The notes under the pieces are model-generated. The model ran no database searches. It was not told the origin of the DNA and saw nothing but the letters and a program-made list of their open reading frames with translations. A program made the position numbers and the translations under genes. Shown piece after piece: positions 13,301 to 23,831 of a stretch of DNA of 64,000 nt; positions within the stretch are counted from its first letter, which is position 1; each line of letters starts with the position of its first letter. Location of the stretch: positions 25,544,001 through 25,608,000 of the forward strand of contig JBHGNT010000003.1 in assembly GCA_043228905.1 (NCBI GenBank), in the 5' to 3' direction. This DNA is from Azolla caroliniana. Taxonomy: Eukaryota; Plantae; Polypodiophyta.

Positions 13301-14877
13301 ACCTTCATTCACACCCACAGTATCTTGATCTTTTGTTTTTCATATGGGTTGCAGGACATATTCTACAAAATGCAATGGTGTATGCATCATACCAATTTAT
13401 CAAAGCATATATCTTATATCTCTTGCATTTAACAATCTAAAAACTTTGCATATAAGCAATTTACGCAATCCTATGATCCATATTATGCATCATTCATTTC
13501 CCTCAAAATGCAACACAATCTCTATAAACCATACGTAAAGGTTGAAATCTACCTGAGAATGCAGTAAACAATCTCTGCCGGATAGCAAGACTGGCAAAGC
13601 TTCAGCTTGTGCTTCAGTAGAATATACAAACCCTAACTGCTCCGCCCTACAGAAATGCCAAAAAGTAGGCATAAAAATATGTTAACATTGAAATTAATCA
13701 TTTCAAACCAACTTGGCGAAACAAGCAAAAGCTGCCACCGGTTTTTCAAAAGGGAAAAATAATTTTGTGACGGTGAAAATGATCCCGTGATATTTAACCT
13801 AGAGAACCAAGAAAAAACTGATGGAGCTTTGCGAAAGTGAAAAATAATTGCTTGATACTTAGAAGAGAAAAATGATTTTTCTTTGCAAAAATAGACCAAA
13901 AAAAGTTGGTATTTAACTTGAAGAAAACAAGAAACCCAACACCGGAAAAGATGCTTGGTGAAAATGAAAATAATGTTCATTAACTTTGAGAAACAAGTAA
14001 AGATGATGGACCTACATATAGGGTTTCGCTAAAGTTGAAACATCAGCTCGAGTTTAACTCGAAGAAACAATGAAAGGATGATAGGACTTTGCAGAAACTT
14101 AAAAAATGAATTGAAATAATTGTTTGGAATTTAACATAGAGAAACAAGGAAAAAATTGTGAAAATGATCGGTTTATATTTAACTTAAATAAGGAAACTAT
14201 GATGAACAACATTGTGAAAATAGTCACTTCCAACTTTGTGAAGATAATCACTTCACCTCACTGCAAATAAGATTGTGAAAATACTCACGTCATTTGAGCT
14301 CACAGAAAATAAAGCACACTGATTGATTTTGGCTTAAAGAAACACGGTAATGATTAAAAACGAAACAGCAAAAAACAATCGCTTGAGATATGTAACTTTA
14401 AAATAAAACAAAGAAAATATTATGTACAAAGAGTTCAAAATAGAGAGGAAAATAATCATTTTATTTTAACTGAAAAGAAACAAGGAGAAGATGACCATGT
14501 ACCTCTGCAGAAAAAGCTCTGGAAGCATGTCCTTACAGATTTCTCGAATGGTTTTGGGTTTCCCTCGAACAACAACCTGCTCTTGATCATCATCTTCAAT
14601 CACACTGGTCTTTTGGCACCTCTCTGGAGCAACATTTTCTTCATCCTCTTCTTTTATGACACCACAGGAAGAAATATTGATCTGTGCTTTTGCCACCAGC
14701 ACGTTCGGCGTGTCAAACCTCACGTTTGGCAAAGAAGAAACGGATTGGAAGTTTACGGTGAGGTTGAATTTACGAAGTCGGAAAGCTTTGGTGTCATGGT
14801 TGCTGTTGATGTTTCTGGGGTGAAGGAAAGAAGAAATCTTCAGAAAAGATGGAGGCGGAAGAATCAGAAGAAGCTGC

Positions 14878-14879
<2 letters not shown>
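7141..14879 (-). CDS. RH58: DEAD-box ATP-dependent RNA helicase 58-like, chloroplastic (about 528 aa)
   Basis: Ten exons: 14879-14503, 13646-13553, 13047-12934, 12856-12722, 10277-10173, 10033-9875, 9379-9311, 9110-9021, 7997-7842 and 7428-7141. Motifs are Q motif (TEAQAEALP), [35 protein letters not shown] and [10 protein letters not shown], after a transit-peptide-like exon 1. Confidence 0.9.
10379..10540. repeat. Dispersed ~160-bp repeat (non-autonomous TE fragment) in RH58 intron 4; second copy at 60487-60638
   Basis: catcgagagtc..tagtcacttttacatgtatcacatgaaat..ggtctcatagctcat..gacctccga..tacaatggagtagtaac..tcacagac occurs at both loci. Confidence 0.85.
11220..11623. repeat. Near-perfect 200-bp tandem duplication in RH58 intron 4
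   Basis: cctgtttga(t/c)cttataggccattttgg... starts at 11220 and again at 11420. Confidence 0.92.
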
Positions 14880-14908
<29 letters not shown>

Positions 14909-15002
14909 CTGATATAGATCAGGAGAAAACTCTCTGCGATTTCGATTCTGATAAGGGAAGGGTAGAAATAATATATTTGATTTTCTTTACTTTCTAAGTT
15001 CT

Positions 15003-15275
15003 GATCAAGATAATCATATTCTTAATTGCATATGCTCGCTATTAGCATTAATTAAATTTTTCTTTACCTCTAATCAAGAATCAAGCTCACTATATTCTTA
15101 ATTGAAAATGTTCAGTATTAGTATTAATCAAAATTTCCTTTTTACTTCTAATCGAGAATCAAGATCGCTATATTCTTAATTGCATATGCTCAGCATTAGT
15201 ATTAATTAAATTTTTCTTTTTACTTCTAATCAAGATCGTTGTATTCTTAATTGCATATGCTCAATATTAGTGTTA
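15003..15275. repeat. Degenerate ~75-bp tandem repeat (3-4 units) in the RH58 promoter region
   Basis: The unit atcaag..tatattcttaattgcatatgctca..attagtattaattaaattttt..ttacttctaatc is repeated. Confidence 0.75.
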
Positions 15276-16257
15276 CCTATCTTATTAAACGCAAATGCAA
15301 TCTAATCGAGAGCCGAGACTTAATAGCTTGAACTCTAGACTTCAATCTTTCGATGGACACACATGCAATCTAATGAGGATTCTGAATACTCTCCTTATGA
15401 TGCTTGTTATTCTCAATAACATGGCATTGTTTCAACTTTTTCTTCTCGTTCAAGTTTATCCAAGCAATGCGATCAAAATTTTAAGACACTTCCTATTATG
15501 ATTACAATGCTTTATTATTTTGAGCGAGGAAACTAGCCCTTGTTAAGTGTCGAATTTTAGGAGAAACTAACATTATGGGAAGCCTTCGCTTCTCGTAGAC
15601 ATAATATTTCCATGTCAATCCAGCTCTTTGAGAAGAAACTTGATATCTATCTTGGAGACATTGATTGGGAGACCTGTACTATTTGAATCAAGCACAATAA
15701 TTTGTTTAAGACTAATGACAATAAACTAAACAAAAGGAATGGATTAAGGATGCTTAACGACCCCAAAGCAAAGGCAAGGAGACGAATATAGAATCCTATA
15801 ACTATCCCCATGCCACCAAATATGGCCTTGTATTATATGTCAAATGTCATCTAATGATATATTCACGATACAAAGGATATATGTCGCTGACAAAGTCCCG
15901 ATTTTGTCTCTAAGATTTCATTTCAAAGGGCGTAGCTCATCCCCTTATATAATTGATCTCCTTAGGCTCCTACATCACCACACATCTTAGCTTGTTATGG
16001 GTTGTCCCAAGTAAGAGGAGAATCAACTCAACCACTTATATTGTTGTACAAGCCATTTAATTTTAGCCTTTACCATTGGTCATTAAGACTACTCGTGTAA
16101 CATACTCCCTTGTTTTCGAAAAAGTGCATTCTTGTAATAGCAAACCAAAATCAATGAACTTAGATTTAAGAACCTACTCTTTTTCCTAAGCACCGTCACA
16201 CATAGTTCTAGACAACTATAAATTTGAATCCTCAAAACATCTTAGCAACGTCTTTGA

Positions 16258-16512
16258 TGTTAGCATTTCGGTCCCTCCGGATGGGATATGAGTACCCGAC
16301 AACGGAAGACCCGGTGAGAACCGGATGACACAGGCCCGGTGAGAACCTCTCACCGGATGAAGGGACATATATGTAAATATGTTTCTGTTAGCCCATTGTG
16401 GCTATATTTGTAAATAGCCCGAAAGTCATATTGGTATAAATATGACCTAGGGCAAACAGAATGGTGATTTTTTTTTTTTTTTTTGGTGTAACTACTGTAC
16501 AGAGCGTAACAC

Positions 16513-16548
<36 letters not shown>

Positions 16549-16833
16549 TGAACTGTCTCTATTGTAACTGCTTGTTGGCGAAGATTGAGAGCATGAGGTC
16601 GTTGCCTCTGTGACTTATTACTGTAATCTTTACATAGTGATAGTTTGGAGTTTGTGGGCTCCCGTGGTTTTTTCCCCTATTAGGGTTTTTCCACGTAAAC
16701 ATACTATGTACTCTCTTTCAGTGTTTTGTGTATACGTCCATCTATCTCCACATTCCAATTTCTATGATTGTAATTCTCAAGAAAGAGATCGAAGACTCGG
16801 TTGTGGCCGAGCATTATTCCGCATATCCTCTTC
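16258..16833 (+). repeat. 5' LTR of outer copia element A
   Basis: Aligns by eye with 22807-23405 with scattered substitutions; contains a T-run and a (GA)n tract. Fused directly to integrase sequence with no PBS or gag. Confidence 0.92.
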
Positions 16834-19319
16834 GTGACATTCATAGATGACCACAGCTCCACGCGAAGGATCAGGTGCTATCCGTCTTCAAACAGCTCCA
16901 CGCGAGAATGGAAAGAGAAACCGGCCGGAAGCTGAAGGCGGTTCGAGCAGATAACGGAGGAGAATACCGGGGGCAGTTCGAGGAGTACTACCGCTCGAAG
17001 GGAATCCGACTCGAATTTACCGTGCCGAAGACGCCGGAACTAAACGGACTGGCCGAGAGGATGAACCGGACCATAATGGAGAGGATCCGGAGTATGCTAG
17101 TGCATGCAAAACTACCCAAGAAGTTTTGGGATGAGGCACTGTCGACGACGACATATGTGATAAATAGATCACCCTCAGTACCCTTGGACGGAGACACGCC
17201 ACAGAGAGTGTGGACCGGTAAGGAAGTATCCTACCGGCATCTAAAGGTGTTCGGGTGTCTCGCGTACGTTCATGTAGTTAAGGAACGAAGAGGAAAGTTA
17301 GATCCAAAGACCCGGCCATGCATATTCCTCGGTTACGGTGACGATGAGTTCGGCTACCGAGTGTGGGACCTGGTCGACAAGAAGGTATTCCGGAGTCGAG
17401 ATATTATCTTCATGGAGGACAAGACGCTCGCCGACTGGGAGTCGGAGAAGAAGATAATGAACTCTGAGTCGACCGGTAAGGATCGACTCTACGATGAACA
17501 AACCCAACCGGCAAGAGACCGATTAGCACTCGAGGAACCAGCCGGTTACGGTGAGGATACTGAACAGGCTGAAGAAGAAGTAGAGGAAGCCGAATCCGGA
17601 ACCGACCAAGACCCCGAATCGGATTCGGATGAAGAGCAAATGGAGGAGCCGGTTACCGAAGCCCGAAGACGGAGATATCCTCTCAGAGAGAGAAGGGCCC
17701 CCCAGAGATTTCCGGATGCAGAGCATGTGCTGCTGACCGATGAGGGGGAGCCGGAAAGCTTCGAAGAAGCGAAGGATGACACCCACAACCGTAAATGGTT
17801 AAGTGCCATGCATGATGAGATGGATTCCCTGCATGAGAACCATACGTACGAATTGGTGGAGTTGCCGAAAGGAAAGCGGGCACTCCGAAACAAGTGGGTG
17901 TACAAGTTGAAACCGGGAGATGCTGGCAACCCCCCGAGATACAAAGCCAGGATCGTGGTGAAGGGGTTCCAGCAGAAGAAGGACGTGGACTTCGACGAGA
18001 TATTTGCCCCGGTAGTAAAGATGACCTCCATCCGGATGGTGCTGAGTATAGCGGCAAGCATGGACCTCGAGGTAGAGCAGCTAGACGTGAAGACGACATT
18101 CCTTCACGGTGACCTCAAAGAGGAGATCTACATGCAGCAACCGGAGGGATTTGTGGAGAAAGGGAAGGAGCACCTGGTATGCCGGCTGAAGAAGAGCTTG
18201 TACGGACTAAAGCAGGCTCCCCGACAATGGTACTGGAAGTTCGATTCCTTCATGACCGATCAAGGGTACCACAAGACGTAGGCCGATCACTGCGTGTTTG
18301 TGAAGAAGTTCGAAGGAGGCGACTTCCTGATACTCCTTCTGTACGTGGATGACATGTTGATCGTCGAACGGGACCAAGTCAAAATATGGATGCTGAAGAA
18401 GGCTCTCAACCGGACCTTCTCAATGAAAGACTTGGGTCTGACAAGACAGATGCTAGGGATGCACATCATTCGGGACCGGTCAAAGAAGCAATTATGGCTG
18501 TCACAAGAGAAGTACGTGACAAAGGTGCTTCACCGGTTCAACATGTCAGATGTGAAACCGGTCGGATCGACACTTCCGGCAAACTGCAGGTTATCCGGCA
18601 AGCAAAGCCCGAAGACGAAAGCAGAGAAGGCGGATATGATGAAGATTCCATATGCCTCTGCCGTCGGGAGCTTGATGTACGCAATGGTGTGTACCCGACC
18701 GGATATAGGATACGCAGTCGGAGTGGTGAGTCAGTTTATGAGCAATCTCGGCAAGGAGCACTGGAGCGTGGTCAAATGGATACTCTGGTACTTGAAGGGC
18801 ACCTCAAATATGTGTCTCCGATTCGGCTCCGGAAAACCTCAACTCGACGGTTTTACCGATTCGGACATGTCGGCTGATGTGGATACCAGCCGGTCTACAT
18901 CCGGGTATGTAATGACATATGCAGGGGGAGCTGTTTCGTGGTAGTCAAGACTGCAGAAGACGGTTGCATTGTCAACCACGGAGGCAGAGTACATGGCAGC
19001 TGTGGAAGCCGGCAAGGAAATCTTATGGATGAAGGACTTCATCGGAGAGCTCGGTATCCGGCAAGATGAATACCGGCTCTATTGCGACAGTCAAAGTGCC
19101 ATCCATCTTGCTAAGAATGCGGCCTACCATTCCCGGACGAAGCATATCCAACGAAGATATCACTGGATCCGGGAAAGAGTAGATGACCAGGAGTTCGCAC
19201 TGACGAAGATCCACACGGCCGAGAACGGGTCAGATATGCCGACCAAAGTGCTGATACCCGACAAGCTGGATGCATGTCGGAAGAGGATCGGACTAGTAAG
19301 ACACCCCATGCCGGAGTGA
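16834..19319 (+). pseudogene. Copia pol pseudogene, copy 1 (integrase core, RT, RNase H); 5'-truncated
   Basis: ADNGGEY, TPELNGLAERMNRT, YKARIVVKGF, QLDVKTTFLHG, LYVDDML, GFTDSD, STTEAEY, CDSQSAI and RTKHI. In-frame TAG stops at 18279-18281 and 18942-18944 lie where copy 2 has Gln codons. Confidence 0.93.
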
Positions 19320-19328
19320 AGGGGGAGA

Positions 19329-20020
19329 TGAGGAGTACCCGGCTACGGAGAGCCGGATGGTGCAGACCCGGTGAGAACCGGATGAGGAGCACCCGGCTAC
19401 GGAGAGTCAGATGGTGCAGACCCGGTGAGAACCAGATGAGGAGTACCCGGCTACGGAGAGCCGGATGGTGCAGACCCAGTGAGAAGTGCTCATCGGATGA
19501 GGAGTACCCGGCTACGGAGAGCCGGATGGTTCAAACCCGGTGAGAAGTGCTCACCGGATGAAGAGACATATTTGTAAATATGTTTCTGAGAGTCCATCAT
19601 GGCTATATTTGTAAATAGCCAAAAAGTCATATTAGTATAAATATGACTTAGGGCAAACTTTTAGTTGTGGTTTAGGGCAAACTTTTTGTTGGTGCAAGAA
19701 AGGAGAGAGCGCGTAACTGTGTACAGAGAGAGAGAGAGAGAGAGAAAGAGGTTGTTGCCTCTGTTGTAACCGCCGCCTGCGGCGAGGATCGTGAGCACGA
19801 GGTCATTGCCTCCATGAACCCACTGTTGTACATTCTAACATAGTGATAGTTTGCAGCCTGTGGGCTGCCGTGGTTTTTTCCCTTAGTTCGGGTTTTCCAC
19901 GTAAACATCATGCGTACTCTTCTCTTCTTCGTGTCGTGCATTTATTTCCCGTTTTCTGTGTATGATTCTAAGCTCGGTTGTGGCCGAGCGTTGCATATAG
20001 GGAGCGTGCAGTTCCCGTCA
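19329..20020 (+). repeat. Central LTR of a related but distinct copia subfamily (element B), with four ~54-61-bp tandem repeats in U3
   Basis: Starts TG directly after a PPT. Four units of tgaggagtacccggctacggagagccggatggtgcagacccggtgagaa span about 19329-19558. Downstream blocks are homologous to but diverged from LTR A. The end at ...cccgtCA (20020) is inferred. Confidence 0.8.
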
Positions 20021-22796
20021 AAAGTGAACATAGCATCCAACACAGCCGGTGAGCTGTGGCACAAAAGACTGTGTCACATGAATGAGAAGGGGATGAAGAG
20101 GATTGCCGAAGACAACCTCATTCCGGTGAAGGACGTGCAACTTGAGAAGTGCACTGATTGCTTGGCCGGCAAGCAAAACAGAACCTTCTTCCGATCAAGA
20201 CCACCGATGAGACAGAATGCACCACTAGAGTTGATGCATACCGATGTGTGTCAAGTGGACACGAAGTCACATGCCTGATCGCAGTACTTTGTGACGTTCA
20301 TAAATGACCACAGTCGGAAGCTGTGTGTCTCGTTGCTGAAGACGAAGGATCAAGTGGTATCTGTCTTCAAGGGGCTCCACGCAAGAGTGGAAAGAGAAAC
20401 CGGCCGGAAGCTGAAGGTGGTTCAAGCAGATAACGGAGGAGAATACCGGGGGCAGTTCGAGGAGTACTACCGCTCGAAGGGAATCCGACTCGAATTTACC
20501 GTGTCGAAGACGCTGGAACTCAATGGGTTGGCCAAGAGGATGAATCAGACCATAATGGAGAGGGTATGGAGTATGCTAGCACATGCCAAGTTACCCAAGA
20601 CGTTTTGGGCTGAGGCGTTGACGACAACGACGTACGTGATAAACAAATCACCCTCAGTACCCTTGGACGGAACACGCCGTAGAGAGTGTGGACCGGTAAG
20701 GAAGTGTCTTACTGGCATCTTAAGGTGTTCGGGTGTCTCGCTTACGTGCATGTGGCAAAGGATCGGAGAGCAAAGTTGGATCCAAAGTCTCGGCCTTGCA
20801 TATTCCTCGGATACGGCGATGATGAGTTTGGTTACTAAGTGTGGGACCCCTTCGACAAGAAGGTGCTCCGGAGTCGAGATATTATCTTCATGGAGGACAA
20901 GACCCTTTCCAACTGGGAATCAGAGAAGAAGATAATGAACTCTGAGTCGACCAGTAAGGATTGATTCGATGATATTCGAACCTACCTATCTAAGAGCCGG
21001 TTGACACTCGAAGAATCGGCCGGTTACGGTGAGGATACCGAACCGGCAGAAGAAGAAGAAGAGGAAGCTGGAACCAGAACCGGCCATGATCCTGAAACGG
21101 ATTCGGATGAAGAACAGACACAGGAGTCGGTTACCGATAACCGAAGTCGGTGATATCCTCTTAGAGAGAGAAGGCCCCCCAGAGATTTCCGGATCCAGAG
21201 CACGTGTTGCTAACCGATGAGGAGGAGCCCGGGAGCTTCGAAGAAGCGAGGGAGGACACCCATAACCGCAAGTGGTTAAGTGCCATGAAGGAGGAGATGG
21301 ATTCCCTGCATGAGAACCATATGTACGAATTGGTGGAGTTGCCGAAAGGAAAGCGGGCACTCCGAAACAAGTGGGTGTACAAGTTGAAACCGGGAGATGC
21401 CGGCAACCCCCCGAGATACAAAGCCAGGATCGTGGTGAAGGGGTTCAAGCAGAAGAAGGGCATGGACTTCGACGAGATATTTGCCCCGATAGTAAAGATG
21501 ACCTCCATCCGGACGGTGCTGAGTATAGCAGCAAGCATGGACCTTGAGGTAGAGCAGCTAGACGTGAAGACGACATTCCTTCACGGTGACCTCGAAGAGG
21601 AGATCTACATGCAGCAACCGGAGGGATTTGTGGAGAAAGGGAAGGAGCACCTGGTATGCCGGCTGAAGAAGAGCCTCTGCGGTTTGAAGCATGCTCCCCG
21701 GCAATGGTACTGGAAGTTCGACCCCTTCATGACCGATGAAGGGTACCACAAGATGCAAGCCGATCACTACATATTTGTGAAGAAGTTCGAAGGTGGAGAC
21801 TTCCTGATACTCCTCCTGTACGTGAACGACATGTTGATCTTCGGACGAGACCAAGTCAAGATACGGATGTTGAAGAAGGCTTTGAACCAGACCTTCTCAA
21901 TGAAAGACTTGGGTCCATCAAGACAGATACTGGGGATGCATATCATCCGGGACCGGTCGAAGAAGCTATTGTGGCTGTCACAGGAAAAGTACGTGACGAA
22001 GGTGCTTCAGTGGTTCAACATGTCGGATTCGAAACCGGTCGGATCGACACTTCTAGCAAACTGCAAGCTATCCAGAAAGCAAAGCCCGAGGACAAAGGCG
22101 GAGAAGACGGATATGATGAAGATACCATATGCCTCTGCCCTCGGGATCTTGATGTACGTAATGGTGTATACCCGACTGGATATTGGATATGCAATCGGAG
22201 TGGTGAGCCGGTTCATGACCAATCCCGATAGAGAACATTGGAACGCGGTCAAGTGGATACTTCGGTATCTAAAAGGCACTTCGAGTATGTGCCTCCAGTT
22301 TGGCTCCGGTACTCCCCAACTTGATGGATTCACAAATTCGGATATGTCAGCTGATGCGGATACCATCCGATCTACATTCGGATATGTAATGACTTATGCA
22401 GGGGGAGTTGTATCATGGCAGTCGAGGCTGCAGAAGACCGTTGCATTGTCGACAACGGAAGCGGAGTACATGGCAGTTGTGGAAGCCGGCAAGGAAATAC
22501 TGTGGATGAAGGACTTCACCAGAGAGCTAGGAATCTAGCAAGAGGAATACTGGTTCTACTGCGATAGTGAGAGTGTCATCCACCTTGCAAAGAAAGTTGC
22601 ATATCATTCCAGGACAAAGCACATCCAACGCAGGTACCACTGGATCCGGGAGCGAGTTGAAGATCGAGAGTTCGCGTTGATGAAGATCCGCATGGAGGAG
22701 AATGGGTCGGATATGCTGACCAAAGTGCTGACACCCGACAAGCTAGATGCATGCAGGAAGAGGATCAGATTGATGAGGCATCCCATGCCGGAGTGA
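20021..22796 (+). pseudogene. Copia pol pseudogene, copy 2 (GAG-pre-integrase, integrase, RT, RNase H)
   Basis: LWHKRLCHM (pre-integrase), CTDCLAGK, LELMHTDV, DNGGEY, RT YVNDML (catalytic DD altered to ND) and RNase H, with several stops and frameshifts. Confidence 0.92.
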
Positions 22797-22806
22797 AGGG
22801 GGAGGT

Positions 22807-23060
22807 TGTTAGGATTTCGGTTCCTTCGGATGGGATATGAGTACCCGGCAACGGAAGACCCGGTGAGAACCGGATGACGCAGGCCCGGTGAGAACCTCTC
22901 ACCGGATGAAGGGACATATATGTAAATATGTTTATGTTAGCCCATTGTGGCTATATTTGTAAATAGCTTGAAAGTCATATTAGTATAAATATGACCTAGG
23001 GCAAACAGAATGGTGATTATTATTTATTTTTTTGGTGTAACTACTGTACAGAGCGTAATA

Positions 23061-23119
<59 letters not shown>

Positions 23120-23405
23120 TGAACAATCTCTGTTGTAACCGCCTGTTGGCGAAGATTGAGAGCATGAGGTCGTTGCCTCTGTGACTTATTACTGTAATCT
23201 TTACATAGTGATAGTTTGGAGTTTGTGGGCTCCCGTGGTTTTTTCCCCTATTAGGGTTTTTCCACGTAAACATATTGTGTACTCTCTTTCAGTGTTTTGT
23301 GTATACGTGCATCTATCTCCACATTCCCATTTCTATGATTGTAATTCTCAAGAAAGAGATCAAAGACTCGGTTGTGGCCGAGCATTATTCCACATATCCT
23401 CTTCA
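22807..23405 (+). repeat. 3' LTR of outer copia element A
   Basis: TG...CA termini, preceded by a PPT and followed by the TTTGA TSD. Confidence 0.94.
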
Positions 23406-23745
23406 TTTGAGATGCCATGTAAAAGGGGGATAGGTAGTCCCCTTTACGTTGTTGAACTCCTTAGTCTTTGAAATGACAATGTGTCCCAGAGCTTACTATC
23501 CTCGATTTCCAATTTATCAAACCCATTGTCTTTATTAAATTTTGCCTTTACCATTAGGTTCTTACGGCCACGGTTGGGGCCCTCACCGTCAAATTTCTGT
23601 AACTAGTAAACATCAACCATATGAGATTTGAAATGATTCACTTTAGTGCTTATCATAGCTAGCGTCGTTAGCTTTGATTCGCATGTTTGAACATGAAAAT
23701 CCCATATCACACGAGTCAGCTATGAACTTTTTTATTAACTCACGT

Positions 23746-23831
23746 GCTCTTGTCTACGCCCTCCTCAAGTGTGGCACAACTTTGCTTTTTTATTAACTCT
23801 TGCCACACTTGAGGAGGGCGTAGACAAGAGC
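23746..23831. repeat. Perfect 31-bp inverted repeat with a 24-nt spacer (hairpin)
   Basis: gctcttgtctacgccctcctcaagtgtggca (23746-23776) and its exact reverse complement (23801-23831). Confidence 0.95.

Larger units (their letters stand above)
16258..23405 (+). mobile_element. Composite Ty1/copia LTR retrotransposon: three LTRs and two gag-less pol regions, flanked by a 5-bp TSD (TTTGA)
   Basis: TTTGA at 16253-16257 and 23406-23410. Matching outer LTRs start TGTTAG at 16258 and 22807, and the 3' LTR ends CTTCA at 23405. Polypurine tracts gtgaagggggag precede 19329 and 22807. Domain order INT-RT-RNaseH is copia-type. Confidence 0.95.

Noticed and set aside
4041-14879. Possible functional cluster of plastid RNA-metabolism genes (uL18-like and RH58), with ZDS further along
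   Set aside because: Plastid-targeted genes are common in plant genomes. Tail-to-tail adjacency alone does not show co-regulation or conserved linkage.
15290-16252. Possible older retroelement remnant into which the copia composite inserted, continuing at about 23411-25500
   Set aside because: Only faint motif traces were seen and boundaries and family cannot be supported by eye; a RepeatMasker or profile search is needed.
19329-19558. Regularly spaced direct repeats that look CRISPR-like
   Set aside because: The units are contiguous with no unique spacers, lie inside an LTR of a eukaryotic retrotransposon, and have no cas genes nearby.
16988-22786. Antisense and alternate-frame ORFs within the copia pol regions
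   Set aside because: They are shadow ORFs of GC-richer retroelement coding sequence with no independent motifs.
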